The notes: generated by a model from the sequence alone, not told the origin. DNA of 30,000 nt from Actinomycetota bacterium (GCA_013817655.1 JACDCJ010000001.1:1-30000), one strand, 5' to 3'. Positions 9,806 to 19,230 are shown, counted from the first letter of the stretch. A program made the numbers and translations.

Positions 9806-10605
9806 CCCGTTGGGCTCGCCGACGGGCTGGGCTCAGGGGAAGGGCTTGGAGTGGCGGAGGCGCTCGGCGTGGGGCTCGGCGGCAGTGTCGGCACGGGGAC
9901 GCTCGACTGCGGGACGGGGTTCGGGTTGAACGGTGGAGCTATCCCCAGCCGGTCCCGGATGTTGTTGAGCTTCGTCCATCCCCGGTCGAACAGCGTGCCC
10001 GCCTGTGTCGCGAGCTCGGCGGCCTCGTCCGTGATCGCCGTCCGCTGCGCTCCGGTCTCGGCGATCGCCGCTTTCATCAACCCGCCGACGCGCTCGTACG
10101 TCCGAAGGCCCTGGGCCATCATGAACTGGGCGTCCAGAAGCTCGAGCCTCGTCTGCGGGAACTCGTCCGGGATCGTCCGGCGAACGATGATCTCCTCCAT
10201 GCCGTCGGCCCCCTCGCGGGCCGCCCGTGTGAGCTCGTTGGCCTTGCGGGTGGCGGCCGGCGCCTTCAGATCGCCCGCCCCCAAGCTCGCGAGGTCCTGG
10301 AGCACCGTCGGGAAGACCAGGTTGCTGGCCGAACCGAGGGACTGCGCGCCGGCGGGGATGTTCGCCTGGATCAGGTTCGCGAAGACCCGAACCGCCGTAC
10401 GCTCACGATCTTCCTTTGCCTCCGCTCTGCTCGAGCGCAGTGCGAGGAAGACGAGGAGGCCGATCCCCGCGAGCAGGACCGCCCCTGCCCCGATCCACGT
10501 CGAGCGCCGCAGGATGAAAGGCTTCTTACGGATCATCAACTGCGGTCGGGGCGGCGCCGCAATGACGCGGCGACTGCGGGTTCTGCCCTTTCCCTTGATG
10601 GCCAT
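9802..10605 (-). CDS. Hypothetical membrane-anchored protein with helical extracellular domain and Pro/Ser tail
   Basis: Basic N-terminus, one hydrophobic helix (WIGAGAVLLAGIGLLVFLAL), PSPTPSASATPSPSP tail. GAGG RBS; stop overlaps the next start (ATGA). Confidence 0.7.
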   Translation of the reverse strand: MAIKGKGRTRSRRVIAAPPRPQLMIRKKPFILRRSTWIGAGAVLLAGIGLLVFLALRSSRAEAKEDRERTAVRVFANLIQANIPAGAQSLGSASNLVFPTVLQDLASLGAGDLKAPAATRKANELTRAAREGADGMEEIIVRRTIPDEFPQTRLELLDAQFMMAQGLRTYERVGGLMKAAIAETGAQRTAITDEAAELATQAGTLFDRGWTKLNNIRDRLGIAPPFNPNPVPQSSVPVPTLPPSPTPSASATPSPSPEPSPSASPTG

Positions 10606-10617
10606 GGCGAACCTCGG

Positions 10618-11397
10618 CTACCTCTTCATGATCCGGGAGAACAAGATGGCGAGCTCGTAGAAGATTAGCAAAGGGATCATCATCGCAATCATGGTGAACG
10701 GATCGGCGCTCGGGGTGATGACCGCCGCGAACACTGCGATCACGAGAAGGACGTAGCGGCGCCAGTCGCGGAGCTGCCGGCTGGTCAGGACGCCCACCAT
10801 CGTGAGCGATATCAGGACGATCGGGAACTCGAACGACGCTCCGAACGCGAGGACGATGAGCATCACGAAGCCCACGTACTTGCCGATCGACAGCACCACC
10901 TCGATGCGCTGGTCCCCGGCGAATCCCAGGAGGAAGTTCAAACCGCGCGGGAGCGTGAAGAAGGCGAACCATCCGCCGAGGGCAAACAGGAGCACCGAGA
11001 TGAACACGAACGGAAGCGAGAACTTGCGCTCGCGCTCTGTGAGACCCGGCGTGATGAACGCCCAGAGCTGATACAGCACGACGGGGAGCGCGATCAGCAG
11101 CCCGAGAAAGAGCGTCAGCTTCAGCCGGAGCACAAAGGCCTCCGTGATGCTGAAGATGGCTAGGTCACAGGGGTCCTTCGGGTCGCGCGCGAACTGCGGA
11201 TGGGATCGCATGAAGTCGCAGAAGGGGTTCGTCAGCAGGCGGAACACCGGCCAGTAGAGGAACCACCCGGCGAGCGATCCCCCGACGATGGCGAGCGCCG
11301 AGATGACCAGGCGCTTGCGAAGCTCGCCGAGGTGTTCGACGAGGCTCATGTCGCCGGACCGCTCGCGGCGGCGACGCCGTCGCGGGATCACGGCCAT
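10618..11397 (-). CDS. tatC: Twin-arginine translocase subunit TatC
   Basis: MSLVEHLGELRKRL, YQLWAFITPGL, FEFP, TPSADPFTM. Confidence 0.95.
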   Translation of the reverse strand: MAVIPRRRRRRERSGDMSLVEHLGELRKRLVISALAIVGGSLAGWFLYWPVFRLLTNPFCDFMRSHPQFARDPKDPCDLAIFSITEAFVLRLKLTLFLGLLIALPVVLYQLWAFITPGLTERERKFSLPFVFISVLLFALGGWFAFFTLPRGLNFLLGFAGDQRIEVVLSIGKYVGFVMLIVLAFGASFEFPIVLISLTMVGVLTSRQLRDWRRYVLLVIAVFAAVITPSADPFTMIAMMIPLLIFYELAILFSRIMKR

Positions 11398-11442
11398 TCG
11401 TCAACCTCTGGACGGAGTCCGGCCCGGCGCAGGACCGCCTGC

Positions 11443-11700
11443 CTAGTCGCCGGGAGCCGGCGCCGGAGGTTCGGGGCGCTGCTCCTTCTCGGCTTTGGGT
11501 TCCCCCGCGCTCCCCTTCCGGGCGAACGAGTCGTCGTCGAGGTCGGTCTCGAACTGGTCCCGGAGGTCCATCCCCGCGCGCCTCACCTCGCGGAGGCTCT
11601 TTCCCACCGTGCGCCCGATCTCTGGCAAGCGGCTGGGTCCGAAGACGATCAGCGCGAGCACCAAGATGACGATCAGTTCAGTGGGACCGATGTTGAACAC
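11443..11700 (-). CDS. tatA: Twin-arginine translocase subunit TatA/TatB family
   Basis: MFNIGPTELIVILVLALIVFGPSRLPEIGR. GGGGAG RBS; lies upstream of tatC. Confidence 0.9.
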   Translation of the reverse strand: MFNIGPTELIVILVLALIVFGPSRLPEIGRTVGKSLREVRRAGMDLRDQFETDLDDDSFARKGSAGEPKAEKEQRPEPPAPAPGD

Positions 11701-11729
11701 GCCACTCCCCGAGGCCGGACGGCTGGCGG

Positions 11730-11972
11730 CTACGTGCGGAGTCTAACACCGGCCCCCCGCTCGGACCTGCGCTCTTCGAGCGTCTGGAGCTGTTTCTGCG
11801 CCCGCTCTCCCGCTCGCCGGATCTCCTCGAGCGAGGGCTCCAGGGCGCTCTGAAAATCGCGTGCCGCCCCGGCGAGGATCTTCACGTGGCGGACCAGGGC
11901 GATCACGAGGACCGTCATGATGCCGGCGGTTGCGATGCCGACGACCAGCAGCACGAGGACGACGGCCGACAT
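11730..11972 (-). CDS. Small membrane-anchored coiled-coil protein (80 aa)
   Basis: N-terminal TM helix plus amphipathic helix. TATTCT -10 (11979-11984) lies 6 nt upstream of the ATG. Confidence 0.7.
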   Translation of the reverse strand: MSAVVLVLLVVGIATAGIMTVLVIALVRHVKILAGAARDFQSALEPSLEEIRRAGERAQKQLQTLEERRSERGAGVRLRT

Positions 11973-11984
11973 GGCCGCAGAATA

Positions 11985-12989
11985 TCAGCCGCCTCGCCGG
12001 TACAGGGCGAGGGTCGCTGCGGCGGTCTCGCGGACCATCGATTCGAGTTCGGGAGGCCCGAGGACCTTCGCCTCCCCGCCGAGACGCAGGATGAGCTTGG
12101 CCACCCAGGGGAGATCCTTGACCGGCATCGTGACTTCGAGCGCGCCATCATCGCGCTCGAGGGCGCGTTCGGTCGCGTAATACTCCGCAACCCATCTGGC
12201 GGCCGGTCCGAGAAGCAGCCGAACGGAGACGTCCCTGTCGGAGCGGCTGTACAGCGGCCGGCCCAGCCCCGCCAGCCCCCGTGGCACGAATGTCTCGCCC
12301 GTAGGTTCGGCGGATCGCATGCGGTCGACTCGGAAGAGCCGCTCCTCGTCGGACTGGTGGTCCCATGCGACGACGTACCAGTTCCCGATCGCCGAGAAGA
12401 CATGCTCGGGGTCGATCTCCCGAACGCTCAGATCGTCGCGTGCGGCCGAGTAGTACTCGATGCTGAGCCGCTCCTGACTCTCCACGGCGCCGCGGACCGC
12501 TGCTAGGGCCTCTGCCACGTGGCCGCCCGTTCCCACCTGGACCAGTCCCGCAAGGCTGCCGAGCGTCTCCTGGCCCAGACCCTCCTCCAGCTTGGCCAGC
12601 GCCGAGGCCAGGAGGGGAGCCTCCTCCAGGCCGGGCGCGCCCAGCAGCGCCTTGCCCCGAAGGTACAGCGCGAGCGCTTCGGAACGGCTTAGCCGGACGG
12701 GACGGGAGAAGTACTCCGCCATGTCGATCCACACCCTTCCCTCCTCCACCTGAACGTCGATCAGGTCGCCGGGGCCATACGGCGGCAGCCCAGAGACGAA
12801 AAGGAGGTTCAGGTCGTCCAGGAGCTCGCCCTCGGGGACGCCGAAAAGGCTCGATAGGTCGGCCACGGGGGTACCCGGATGGCGGACGACGTAGGGGACG
12901 ACCACCAGTAGACGCTTCAAACGTTCGGCCGCGCGAGCCGGCGGGCGCGGGGCAATCTTGGAGGCCCCCCCCCCCCGCCCCTCAGGCAT
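11985..12989 (-). CDS. pafC: WYL-domain transcription factor PafC
   Basis: AERLKRLLVVVPY wHTH, GLPPYGPGDLID, WYL domain (WYVVAW...RLFRVDRM), WCX tail. Follows pafB. Confidence 0.88.
   Translation of the reverse strand: MPEGRGGGASKIAPRPPARAAERLKRLLVVVPYVVRHPGTPVADLSSLFGVPEGELLDDLNLLFVSGLPPYGPGDLIDVQVEEGRVWIDMAEYFSRPVRLSRSEALALYLRGKALLGAPGLEEAPLLASALAKLEEGLGQETLGSLAGLVQVGTGGHVAEALAAVRGAVESQERLSIEYYSAARDDLSVREIDPEHVFSAIGNWYVVAWDHQSDEERLFRVDRMRSAEPTGETFVPRGLAGLGRPLYSRSDRDVSVRLLLGPAARWVAEYYATERALERDDGALEVTMPVKDLPWVAKLILRLGGEAKVLGPPELESMVRETAAATLALYRRGG
12965..12976 (-). repeat. G12 homopolymer inside the pafC 5' coding region
   Basis: 12 consecutive C on the + strand, seen directly. Confidence 0.9.
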
Positions 12990-13935
12990 TCCCCACCAGC
13001 GCCTCCAGGCGCGCTGTCACCTGGTCGCGAAGGGTTCGGGGTGCGCGGACCTCGGCGTCCTGACCGAAGGAGAGGACCCACGAGACGAACGCGTGGCTCT
13101 CGCCGGCGGGCACCTCGACCTCGACCCACCCATCGGGCTCGGTCCGCACGACCCTCGCCCCGGGCGTCGATCCGGTCGCGAGCCAGGCGACCTTCGGGCT
13201 GAAGGCGACCCGCGCCGTCGACCTCGGCCGTCCGAGGCCCCAGGGACCGGCCTCCAGCTGCGCAGCGGCGTCGAAGTCCTCTGGCGGCGAGGACGCCGGC
13301 CCGGCCTCCCGCACGCGCGACGCGACCCTGGAGAGCCGAAACGACCGAACATCGCCCCGCGACGTGTCCAGGCCGACGACGTACCAGTTGCCGGCCCGAA
13401 AGACGAGGGCGTACGGGTCAACCTGCCGCTGCCCCACCTTTCCGCTCGCGGACCGGTATCGGAAGCGCAGTGAGCGGCGTCTCGCGAGCGCGTCCGCCAC
13501 GACGCCCAGGTGCGGTCCGGAGACATCCAGGCCGGGGGCGACCGGCCCCTTGGCCACCGTCGCCAGCAGGCTTTCCTCGGTGCCGGAGGAAAGCTTCAGG
13601 AAAGCCTGCTCGGCCTCGCCGTCCTCGCCGGGCGCGTGCGCGGCCACGAACAGCGCCCACACCTCGTCGCGGGAGAACCCGAGCTCGGGCAGGTAGTACC
13701 GCTCCTTCGGAATGCGGTAGCCCTGTTCTACGTCCCACACGTCCGTGGCCTCGGTCTCCACCGGAACGCCGATCTCCCTGAGCGTGTCCTTGTCTCGCTC
13801 GAACATGCGCTTGGCGGAGGAGATGTCCTCCTGTTGGTAAGCGGGAAGCACCTTCCGGATGTCCTCGAAGGTCAGAGGCCGCCGGGCATCGAGCAGGAGC
13901 GCAACGAGGTTGATGAGGCGTTCGAGGGGATGCAT
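12982..13935 (-). CDS. pafB: WYL-domain transcription factor PafB
   Basis: MHPLERLINLVALLL, RMFERDKDTLREIG, WYVVGLD...FRLSRV. Start ATG 13935. Confidence 0.9.
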   Translation of the reverse strand: MHPLERLINLVALLLDARRPLTFEDIRKVLPAYQQEDISSAKRMFERDKDTLREIGVPVETEATDVWDVEQGYRIPKERYYLPELGFSRDEVWALFVAAHAPGEDGEAEQAFLKLSSGTEESLLATVAKGPVAPGLDVSGPHLGVVADALARRRSLRFRYRSASGKVGQRQVDPYALVFRAGNWYVVGLDTSRGDVRSFRLSRVASRVREAGPASSPPEDFDAAAQLEAGPWGLGRPRSTARVAFSPKVAWLATGSTPGARVVRTEPDGWVEVEVPAGESHAFVSWVLSFGQDAEVRAPRTLRDQVTARLEALVGNA

Positions 13936-13943
13936 CCGGCCCG

Positions 13944-13951
13944 ATGATAAT
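13944..13951. promoter_or_regulatory. Overlapping divergent -10 elements (TATCAT for pafB, GATAAT for the nitroreductase)
   Basis: Only 22 bp separate the two divergent start codons. The hexamers lie 8 and 6 nt from their ATGs. Confidence 0.5.
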
Positions 13952-13957
13952 GGCTGC

Positions 13958-14311
13958 ATGGATCCCGGCCTCCCCTTCTGCTATGTCACAAGCACCGGGC
14001 GCCGCACCGGCCGCGCCCATACCATCGAGATCTGGTTCGCGTCGAGCGGCCGAACCCTGTATCTGCTGTCCGGGGGCGGCGATCGGTCGGATTGGGTCCG
14101 CAACATCCGCAAGAACCCGAGTGTTCGCGTCCGGATCGGCGAGGAGACCCACGACGCGCTGGCGAGGATCGTCGAGGACCCCGCCGAAGACGCGATCGCT
14201 CGGCCGCTGCTCGCATCCAAGTACCAGGGATGGCGGGAGGGTCAGCCGCTCAGCTCGTGGGCCCGGACCGCCTTGCCGGTCGCGATCGACCTGCCGGAGG
14301 CGCCGCGATGA
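13958..14311 (+). CDS. Nitroreductase-family deazaflavin (F420)-dependent oxidoreductase
   Basis: VTSTGRRTGRAHTIEIWF and SDWVRNIRKNPSVRVRI split-barrel motifs. Start ATG 13958. Confidence 0.85.
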   Translation: MDPGLPFCYVTSTGRRTGRAHTIEIWFASSGRTLYLLSGGGDRSDWVRNIRKNPSVRVRIGEETHDALARIVEDPAEDAIARPLLASKYQGWREGQPLSSWARTALPVAIDLPEAPR

Positions 14312-15426
14312 TCCGGCTACGGCGAGGCCGGGTCCTTCGGATCGTGGAGCAGCGGGCCGGCGCCGTGGAGCTGGCCGTCGAGGTGGAGGGGCATGAGGCG
14401 CGAGCCCTCGCCTATCCCGATCTGGTGGGTCCCGTCCCGGTCGGAAGCCGTGTGGTGCTGAACACGACGGCCGTCGCCCTCGGCCTGGGTACGGGCGGGC
14501 TGCACTTCGTGGTCGCCGTCGAGGACGGACCGGATGTGGACTCGCCGTCGCGGGGTCGAACCATGAAGCTCCGGTACACGCCGTTGCAGCTGCAGACCGA
14601 GGTGGTCGAGGAGACCAGCGGCGCGCGGGAGGCTATGGCCGGCGGCGAGAGCCTGGCCGGGACGCCGGTGGTGTGGGTGCCGCTGCATTCCCTGTTGGGC
14701 CCGGTAGCCGCCGGAGCGGTCGCTGCAGGGGCGAAACGGGTGGCCTACGTCATGACCGACGGAGCCGCCCTGCCGGCGGCGCTCTCCCGCCTCGCGGCCG
14801 CTCTCCGCTCCACAGACCTCCTCGGGGTGGTCGTCACCGCCGGGCAGGCCTTCGGCGGCGACCTCGAGGCCGTGAACGTGTTCTCCGGGCTTCTTGCCGC
14901 TAGTCACGTGACCGGTGCGGACGTAATCGTCGTCGGCGACGGACCCGGCAACACCGGAACGGACACGAAATGGGGCACGACCGCCGTGGCGTCGGCCATG
15001 TCGCTGAATGCCGCCGCCATTCTCCTCGGGCGGCCCGTCGCCGCGCTGCGGATCAGCTTCGCCGATCGCCGCCGGCGCCACCGGGGCGTGTCACACCATT
15101 CCCTGACGGCTCTCCGGAGCGTGGCGCTCGCTCCGGTCCATGTCGCCATCCCCGCCCTGGACGACGCCGATCAGCGGGAGGCCGTCTGGAGCGCGCTGAA
15201 GGACGCGGCCCTCGAGGACCGCCATCAGTTGGTGGAGGTCACCGGACACCCGGCGCTGGAGGCGCTCGAAGGCGCCGGGATCGAGCCGGAGTCCATGGGC
15301 CGGGGCATCTCCGAGGACCCCGCGTTCTTCCTGGCCGGTGGCGCGGCCGGCGTCCTTGCCGGCAGGATGGCCGCTCGCAGCGCGGGCTGGCAGCCGGATG
15401 CCCCCACAGCGGATCCGGCAGGATAG
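14308..15426 (+). CDS. DUF3866 family protein
   Basis: VVLNTTAVALGLGTGG, MKLRYTPLQ, LHSLL, YVMTDGAALP, GQAFGGDLEAVN, RRHRGVSHHS. ATGA overlap with the upstream stop. Confidence 0.82.
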   Translation: MIRLRRGRVLRIVEQRAGAVELAVEVEGHEARALAYPDLVGPVPVGSRVVLNTTAVALGLGTGGLHFVVAVEDGPDVDSPSRGRTMKLRYTPLQLQTEVVEETSGAREAMAGGESLAGTPVVWVPLHSLLGPVAAGAVAAGAKRVAYVMTDGAALPAALSRLAAALRSTDLLGVVVTAGQAFGGDLEAVNVFSGLLAASHVTGADVIVVGDGPGNTGTDTKWGTTAVASAMSLNAAAILLGRPVAALRISFADRRRRHRGVSHHSLTALRSVALAPVHVAIPALDDADQREAVWSALKDAALEDRHQLVEVTGHPALEALEGAGIEPESMGRGISEDPAFFLAGGAAGVLAGRMAARSAGWQPDAPTADPAG

Positions 15427-15438
15427 CCCCGAGTCGTC

Positions 15439-15804
15439 TCATCCCCGCCCCAGCTCTTCGAGGCGCTCGTCCGAGATGCCGAAGAAGTGGGCGAACTCGT
15501 GGATCAGCGTGTCGCGAACCGCTTCCTTGAGGGTCGTCTCGTCGGCGCCGGCCTCCCGCTCGATGTTCCGGCGGAAGAGCGTGATTCGATCCGGCAGCAC
15601 CCCCGAGTAGTTCATGCCGCGCTCCGTAAGCGGAATGCCTTCGTAGAGCCCGAGCAGGTCGCGGCGGCCATGCGGGGGGTCGTCCTCGATGAGCACCTCG
15701 ACGTTGTCGAGCCGTTGCTGCACCCAGTTCGGGAGGGAATCGACGGCCTCCCCGACCAGGTCTTCGAAGCGTTCGCGCCGATCGCGTATGACGAGACTCC
15801 TCAC
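15439..15804 (-). CDS. Zinicin-like metallopeptidase family protein
   Basis: [30 protein letters not shown] (HExxH). GTGA overlap with the pafA stop. Confidence 0.88.
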   Translation of the reverse strand: MRSLVIRDRRERFEDLVGEAVDSLPNWVQQRLDNVEVLIEDDPPHGRRDLLGLYEGIPLTERGMNYSGVLPDRITLFRRNIEREAGADETTLKEAVRDTLIHEFAHFFGISDERLEELGRG

Positions 15805-17159
15805 ATGTGGGCGATCAGTTGCTCCACGCGTTCGTCCACGGATTTGAACGGGTCCTTGCAGAGCACCGTCCGCTGGGCCTGATCGTTCAGCTTCAGGTGC
15901 ACCCAGTCGACCGTGTAGTCGCGCCGCTTCTGTTTTGCCGAGCGGATGAACTCGCCCCGGAGCCGCGCCCTCGTGGTCTGCGGGGGTTCGCGCATGGCCT
16001 TCTGCACGCGCCGGTCCGAGATGACGCGTTCCATGAGTCCTCGTCGCTCCATGACGTAGTAGAGGCCCCGGGAACGGTTGACGTCGTGATAGGCGAGGTC
16101 CATGAGGGCGATCCGGGGATGGGACAGCGGGAGGCCGTGCATCGACCTGTACCGGTCGATGAGAGTCCGTTTGGCGACCCAATCGACCTTCCTCGCCAGC
16201 CGGTGCGACTCCCCGGCGGCGAGCGCTTCGAGCGCGCTCCCCCACTCCGCGAGGACCCTCGAAGACGTCTGGTCGGCACCCCGGCGTTCGATGAAGCGCA
16301 CCGCGCGGTCGTAGTACTCCATCTGTATTTCGATCGCGGAGAGCTCCCGCCCCGTCGCCAGGCGGACCTTCTTCTTGCAGGCCACGTCGTGAGACACCTC
16401 GCGGATGGCGCGGATGGGGTTCTCGAGAGTGAGATCCCGCATGACCGTGTTCTCCTCGACCATGCGGACCACGAGGTCCGTCACGCCGATCTTGAGGAAC
16501 GTCGTGAACTCGCTCATGTTCGAGTCGCCCACGATGACGTGCAGGCGGCGGAAGCGCTCCGCATCGGCGTGCGGCTCGTCCCTGGTGTTGATTATCGGAC
16601 GTGACCGCGTGGTCGCGGAGGAGACCCCCTCCCAGATGTGCTCCGCGCGCTGTGAGATGCAGAACTGAGCGCCGCGAGGGCCCAGTAGGACTTTCCCCGC
16701 TCCGCAGTAGATCTGGCGGGTCACGAAGAAGGGAATCAGGACGTCGGCGATGCGCGCGAACTCCCCCTGCCGGGCCACCAGGTAGTTCTCGTGGCATCCG
16801 TACGAGTTGCCCGCCGAGTCCGTGTTGTTCTTGAAGAGGAACACGTCGCCGGAGATGCCCTCCTCGTGGAGGCGAACCTCGGCCGCGGCCAAGAGCGCCT
16901 CGAGGATCCGCTCACCGGCCTTGTCGTGCGCGATCAGGTCGAGGACGGTGTCGCACTCGGGCGTCGCGTACTCGGGGTGCGAGCCGACGTCGAGGTAGAG
17001 GCGGGCGCCGTTCTCCAGGAACACGTTGGACGACCGGCCCCAATGGACCACTCGCCGGAACAAGTAACGGGCCACCTCGTCCGGCGAGAGACGGCGCTGC
17101 CCGCGAAACGTGCAGGTGACGCCGTACTCGTTCTCCAGGCCGAAGATCCGGCGGTCCAC
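15801..17159 (-). CDS. pafA: Pup--protein ligase
   Basis: [52 protein letters not shown]. Confidence 0.97.
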   Translation of the reverse strand: MDRRIFGLENEYGVTCTFRGQRRLSPDEVARYLFRRVVHWGRSSNVFLENGARLYLDVGSHPEYATPECDTVLDLIAHDKAGERILEALLAAAEVRLHEEGISGDVFLFKNNTDSAGNSYGCHENYLVARQGEFARIADVLIPFFVTRQIYCGAGKVLLGPRGAQFCISQRAEHIWEGVSSATTRSRPIINTRDEPHADAERFRRLHVIVGDSNMSEFTTFLKIGVTDLVVRMVEENTVMRDLTLENPIRAIREVSHDVACKKKVRLATGRELSAIEIQMEYYDRAVRFIERRGADQTSSRVLAEWGSALEALAAGESHRLARKVDWVAKRTLIDRYRSMHGLPLSHPRIALMDLAYHDVNRSRGLYYVMERRGLMERVISDRRVQKAMREPPQTTRARLRGEFIRSAKQKRRDYTVDWVHLKLNDQAQRTVLCKDPFKSVDERVEQLIAHM

Positions 17160-17165
17160 GAGGCC

Positions 17166-17171
17166 AGTCTA
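17166..17171 (-). promoter_or_regulatory. -10 element TAGACT, probably giving a leaderless pafA transcript
   Basis: TAGACT-GGCCTC-GTG with no SD sequence. Confidence 0.6.
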
Positions 17172-17208
17172 GGCGGCCCCGTGCGACGACCGAACGGGAG
17201 TCGCCTAG

Positions 17209-17400
17209 TCAGGCGGCCAGCCCCACCAGGAGGTCGCCCTTCATCCTGATTACGTGGGTTGTTGAGAAGAAGAAGTATTCACCTTCGGGAAGCCCGTCGA
17301 CCTCGTAGGTCATCATTCCGAGCCGCCGATCGTGTCCCCGTCGAAGAGGAAGTCATCGAAATCGGGGTTGGGCGGCCAGGAGGACGAGCAACGATACAGC
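17209..17400 (-). pseudogene. Decayed cupredoxin/plastocyanin-like gene remnant
   Basis: Two frame-shifted segments: ...PDFDDFLFDGDTIGG and, from 17316 to 17209, MMTYEVDGLPEGEYFFFSTTHVIRMKGDLLVGLAA*. This resembles the cupredoxin C-terminal GxYxFxCxxHxxMxGxLxV motif with Cys replaced by Ser. Confidence 0.4.
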
Positions 17401-17417
17401 GGCGGCGCCGCTCCGTG

Positions 17418-18131
17418 TCATGGCGGCGGCTTCCCGCCTTCGACTGAGCTCGACGACAGTATCTCGGCAACCTCCGAGTCGTCCAGCCTCCGGAACTTGC
17501 GGCGCCCTCGCGTCCGGTCCATGACGGCCGCTTCGAGCTTCGGCGCGTCGATCGGCCGGTCCTCGGTGTCCGACAGCGCCTTCGCCGCCAGCCGGACGGC
17601 TCCCTCCAGGGATTCGCCGGCTCGGTAGGAGTCGCGCAGATGGCCGGTGAGCTCATCGGAGCGGCCGCCCATGCCGACGAACCCCTTCTCGTCTGCGACG
17701 CTGCCATCGAACAGGATGTGGAACAGCTCGTTCTCCTCCGGTCGTTCTCCCACCTGGCCCACCAGGATCTCGACCTCATACGGCTTCATCTGCGTGGTGA
17801 AGATCGCGGAGAGCGCCTGTGAATAGGCGTTGGCGAGCGTCTTGGCCGTCACGTCCTCTCGCCCGTAGGAGTACCCCCGAAGGTCCGCGAGGCGGACGCC
17901 GGAGATGCGCAGGTCCTCGAACTCGCTGTACTTGCCCACCCCCGCGAAGGCGATCCGATCGTAGATCTCCGAGATCTTGTGCAGGGTCGAGCTGGGGTTC
18001 TCCGCGAGGAACAGCAGCCCGTCCGCGTACTCGAGCGCGACGACCGACTTGCCCCTGGAGATGCCCTTTCGGGCGTACTCGGACCGGTCCTTCATGAGTT
18101 GCTCGGGCGGCACGTACGGCTGAAACGACAT
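17418..18131 (-). CDS. prcA: 20S proteasome alpha subunit
   Basis: YVPPEQLMKDRSEYARKGISRGKS, KISEIYDRIAFAGVGKYSEF. ATG 18131 overlaps the prcB stop. Confidence 0.96.
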   Translation of the reverse strand: MSFQPYVPPEQLMKDRSEYARKGISRGKSVVALEYADGLLFLAENPSSTLHKISEIYDRIAFAGVGKYSEFEDLRISGVRLADLRGYSYGREDVTAKTLANAYSQALSAIFTTQMKPYEVEILVGQVGERPEENELFHILFDGSVADEKGFVGMGGRSDELTGHLRDSYRAGESLEGAVRLAAKALSDTEDRPIDAPKLEAAVMDRTRGRRKFRRLDDSEVAEILSSSSVEGGKPPP

Positions 18132-18988
18132 CAGTCGGGGTCTTCCTTCGCCTGGCTTCCCCCGCCAACGACGCCCTCGTGGGTCTCGCCGACGATGGTC
18201 TGGAAGGCCGCCCGAACCTCGTCTTCGGGCACGATCTCGACGCCGGCGGCGGTCATGGCCTTGACGGACGGGTAGATGCCTCGAAGGGGGTTCGGGCCGC
18301 CCGTGGCAACGTCCTCCTGCGAGGCGTCGTAGAGGGCCTCTACGGCGAGCTGGACCGCGGCGGTGCGCTCGAGCCCCCGCCGCCATCCCTTCTTCAAGGT
18401 GCCGCGAGCGTGAAGCGATCCCGACCCCGTGGAGTGGTAGTCCGCCTCCTCCCACCTCCCCCCGGTCACGTCGTAGCGGAACAGGCGTCCCTCGGCGCGT
18501 CGCTCGTCGAACCCGCCGAACAGGGGCACGACCACCAGCCCCTGCAGGGCCATTGGGAAGTTCCCGCGGATCATCTGGGCGAGGCGGTTGGCCTTGCCCT
18601 CCATCGACAGCCTCTCGCCCTCCACCTTCTCGTAATGCTCCAGCTCCGTCTGGAACAGACGGACGATCTCGGTGGCCTGCCCGGCGGCTCCCGCGATGGC
18701 TACCGCCGAATGCTCGTCGGCGGGAAAGACCTTCTCGATTCGCTCATCGGCGATCGTGAACCCCTCCACCGCGCGCCGGTCGCCGGCCATGATGACGCCG
18801 TCGGCGTACTTCAGGGCCAGCACGGTCGTCCCGTGCGAATAGGTCGCCGCGGGCTGCTCCCCGTGGCTCTGGACGGGGGGGGGCGATCCCGGGGCGTCCG
18901 GGGCAGAGCCGGCCACCAGGTCGGCGAAGCTCGGGTTGGATCCAAAGAGGAAGGGGCGGCCACCCGGCCCGGCGCCGAGCCCCGTCAC
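18131..18988 (-). CDS. prcB: 20S proteasome beta subunit (propeptide plus catalytic Thr)
   Basis: HG|[22 protein letters not shown] overlap with pup. Confidence 0.96.
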   Translation of the reverse strand: MTGLGAGPGGRPFLFGSNPSFADLVAGSAPDAPGSPPPVQSHGEQPAATYSHGTTVLALKYADGVIMAGDRRAVEGFTIADERIEKVFPADEHSAVAIAGAAGQATEIVRLFQTELEHYEKVEGERLSMEGKANRLAQMIRGNFPMALQGLVVVPLFGGFDERRAEGRLFRYDVTGGRWEEADYHSTGSGSLHARGTLKKGWRRGLERTAAVQLAVEALYDASQEDVATGGPNPLRGIYPSVKAMTAAGVEIVPEDEVRAAFQTIVGETHEGVVGGGSQAKEDPD

Positions 18989-19185
18989 TCCCCGCCCTTC
19001 TGGACGTAGGACTTCACGAACTCCTCGGCATTCTCCTCGAGGACGGAGTCGATCTCCTCGAGGATGTCGTCCATCTCCTCCTTGAGCTTCTCGCCCTTCT
19101 TCGTCGCCTCGACCTGGCCCCCTTGATTCCCGGCCTCACCGCCGGACTTCCGCTGGACGCGTTTCTGTTCGTGTTCTTGAGGCAA
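18985..19185 (-). CDS. pup: Prokaryotic ubiquitin-like protein Pup (ends in GGE)
   Basis: [31 protein letters not shown] start after a GGAAGGAG RBS. Confidence 0.96.
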   Translation of the reverse strand: MPQEHEQKRVQRKSGGEAGNQGGQVEATKKGEKLKEEMDDILEEIDSVLEENAEEFVKSYVQKGGE

Positions 19186-19230
19186 CCGCTCGCTCCTTCC
19201 GTCGTCCCGCCTTCGGCGCGGGGCGAACCC

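Noticed and set aside
9806-9900. Repetitive DNA encoding PSPTPSASATPSPSP
   Set aside because: An ordinary low-complexity Pro/Ser protein tail, not a repeat element.
17160-17200. PafBC-activated promoter motif (TGTCGG-N10-TAnnnT) at pafA; also checked at helY and arc
   Set aside because: Best matches were CGTCGC at 11-nt spacing (pafA) and TGGCGC, 4/6 (arc); too weak in high-GC DNA.
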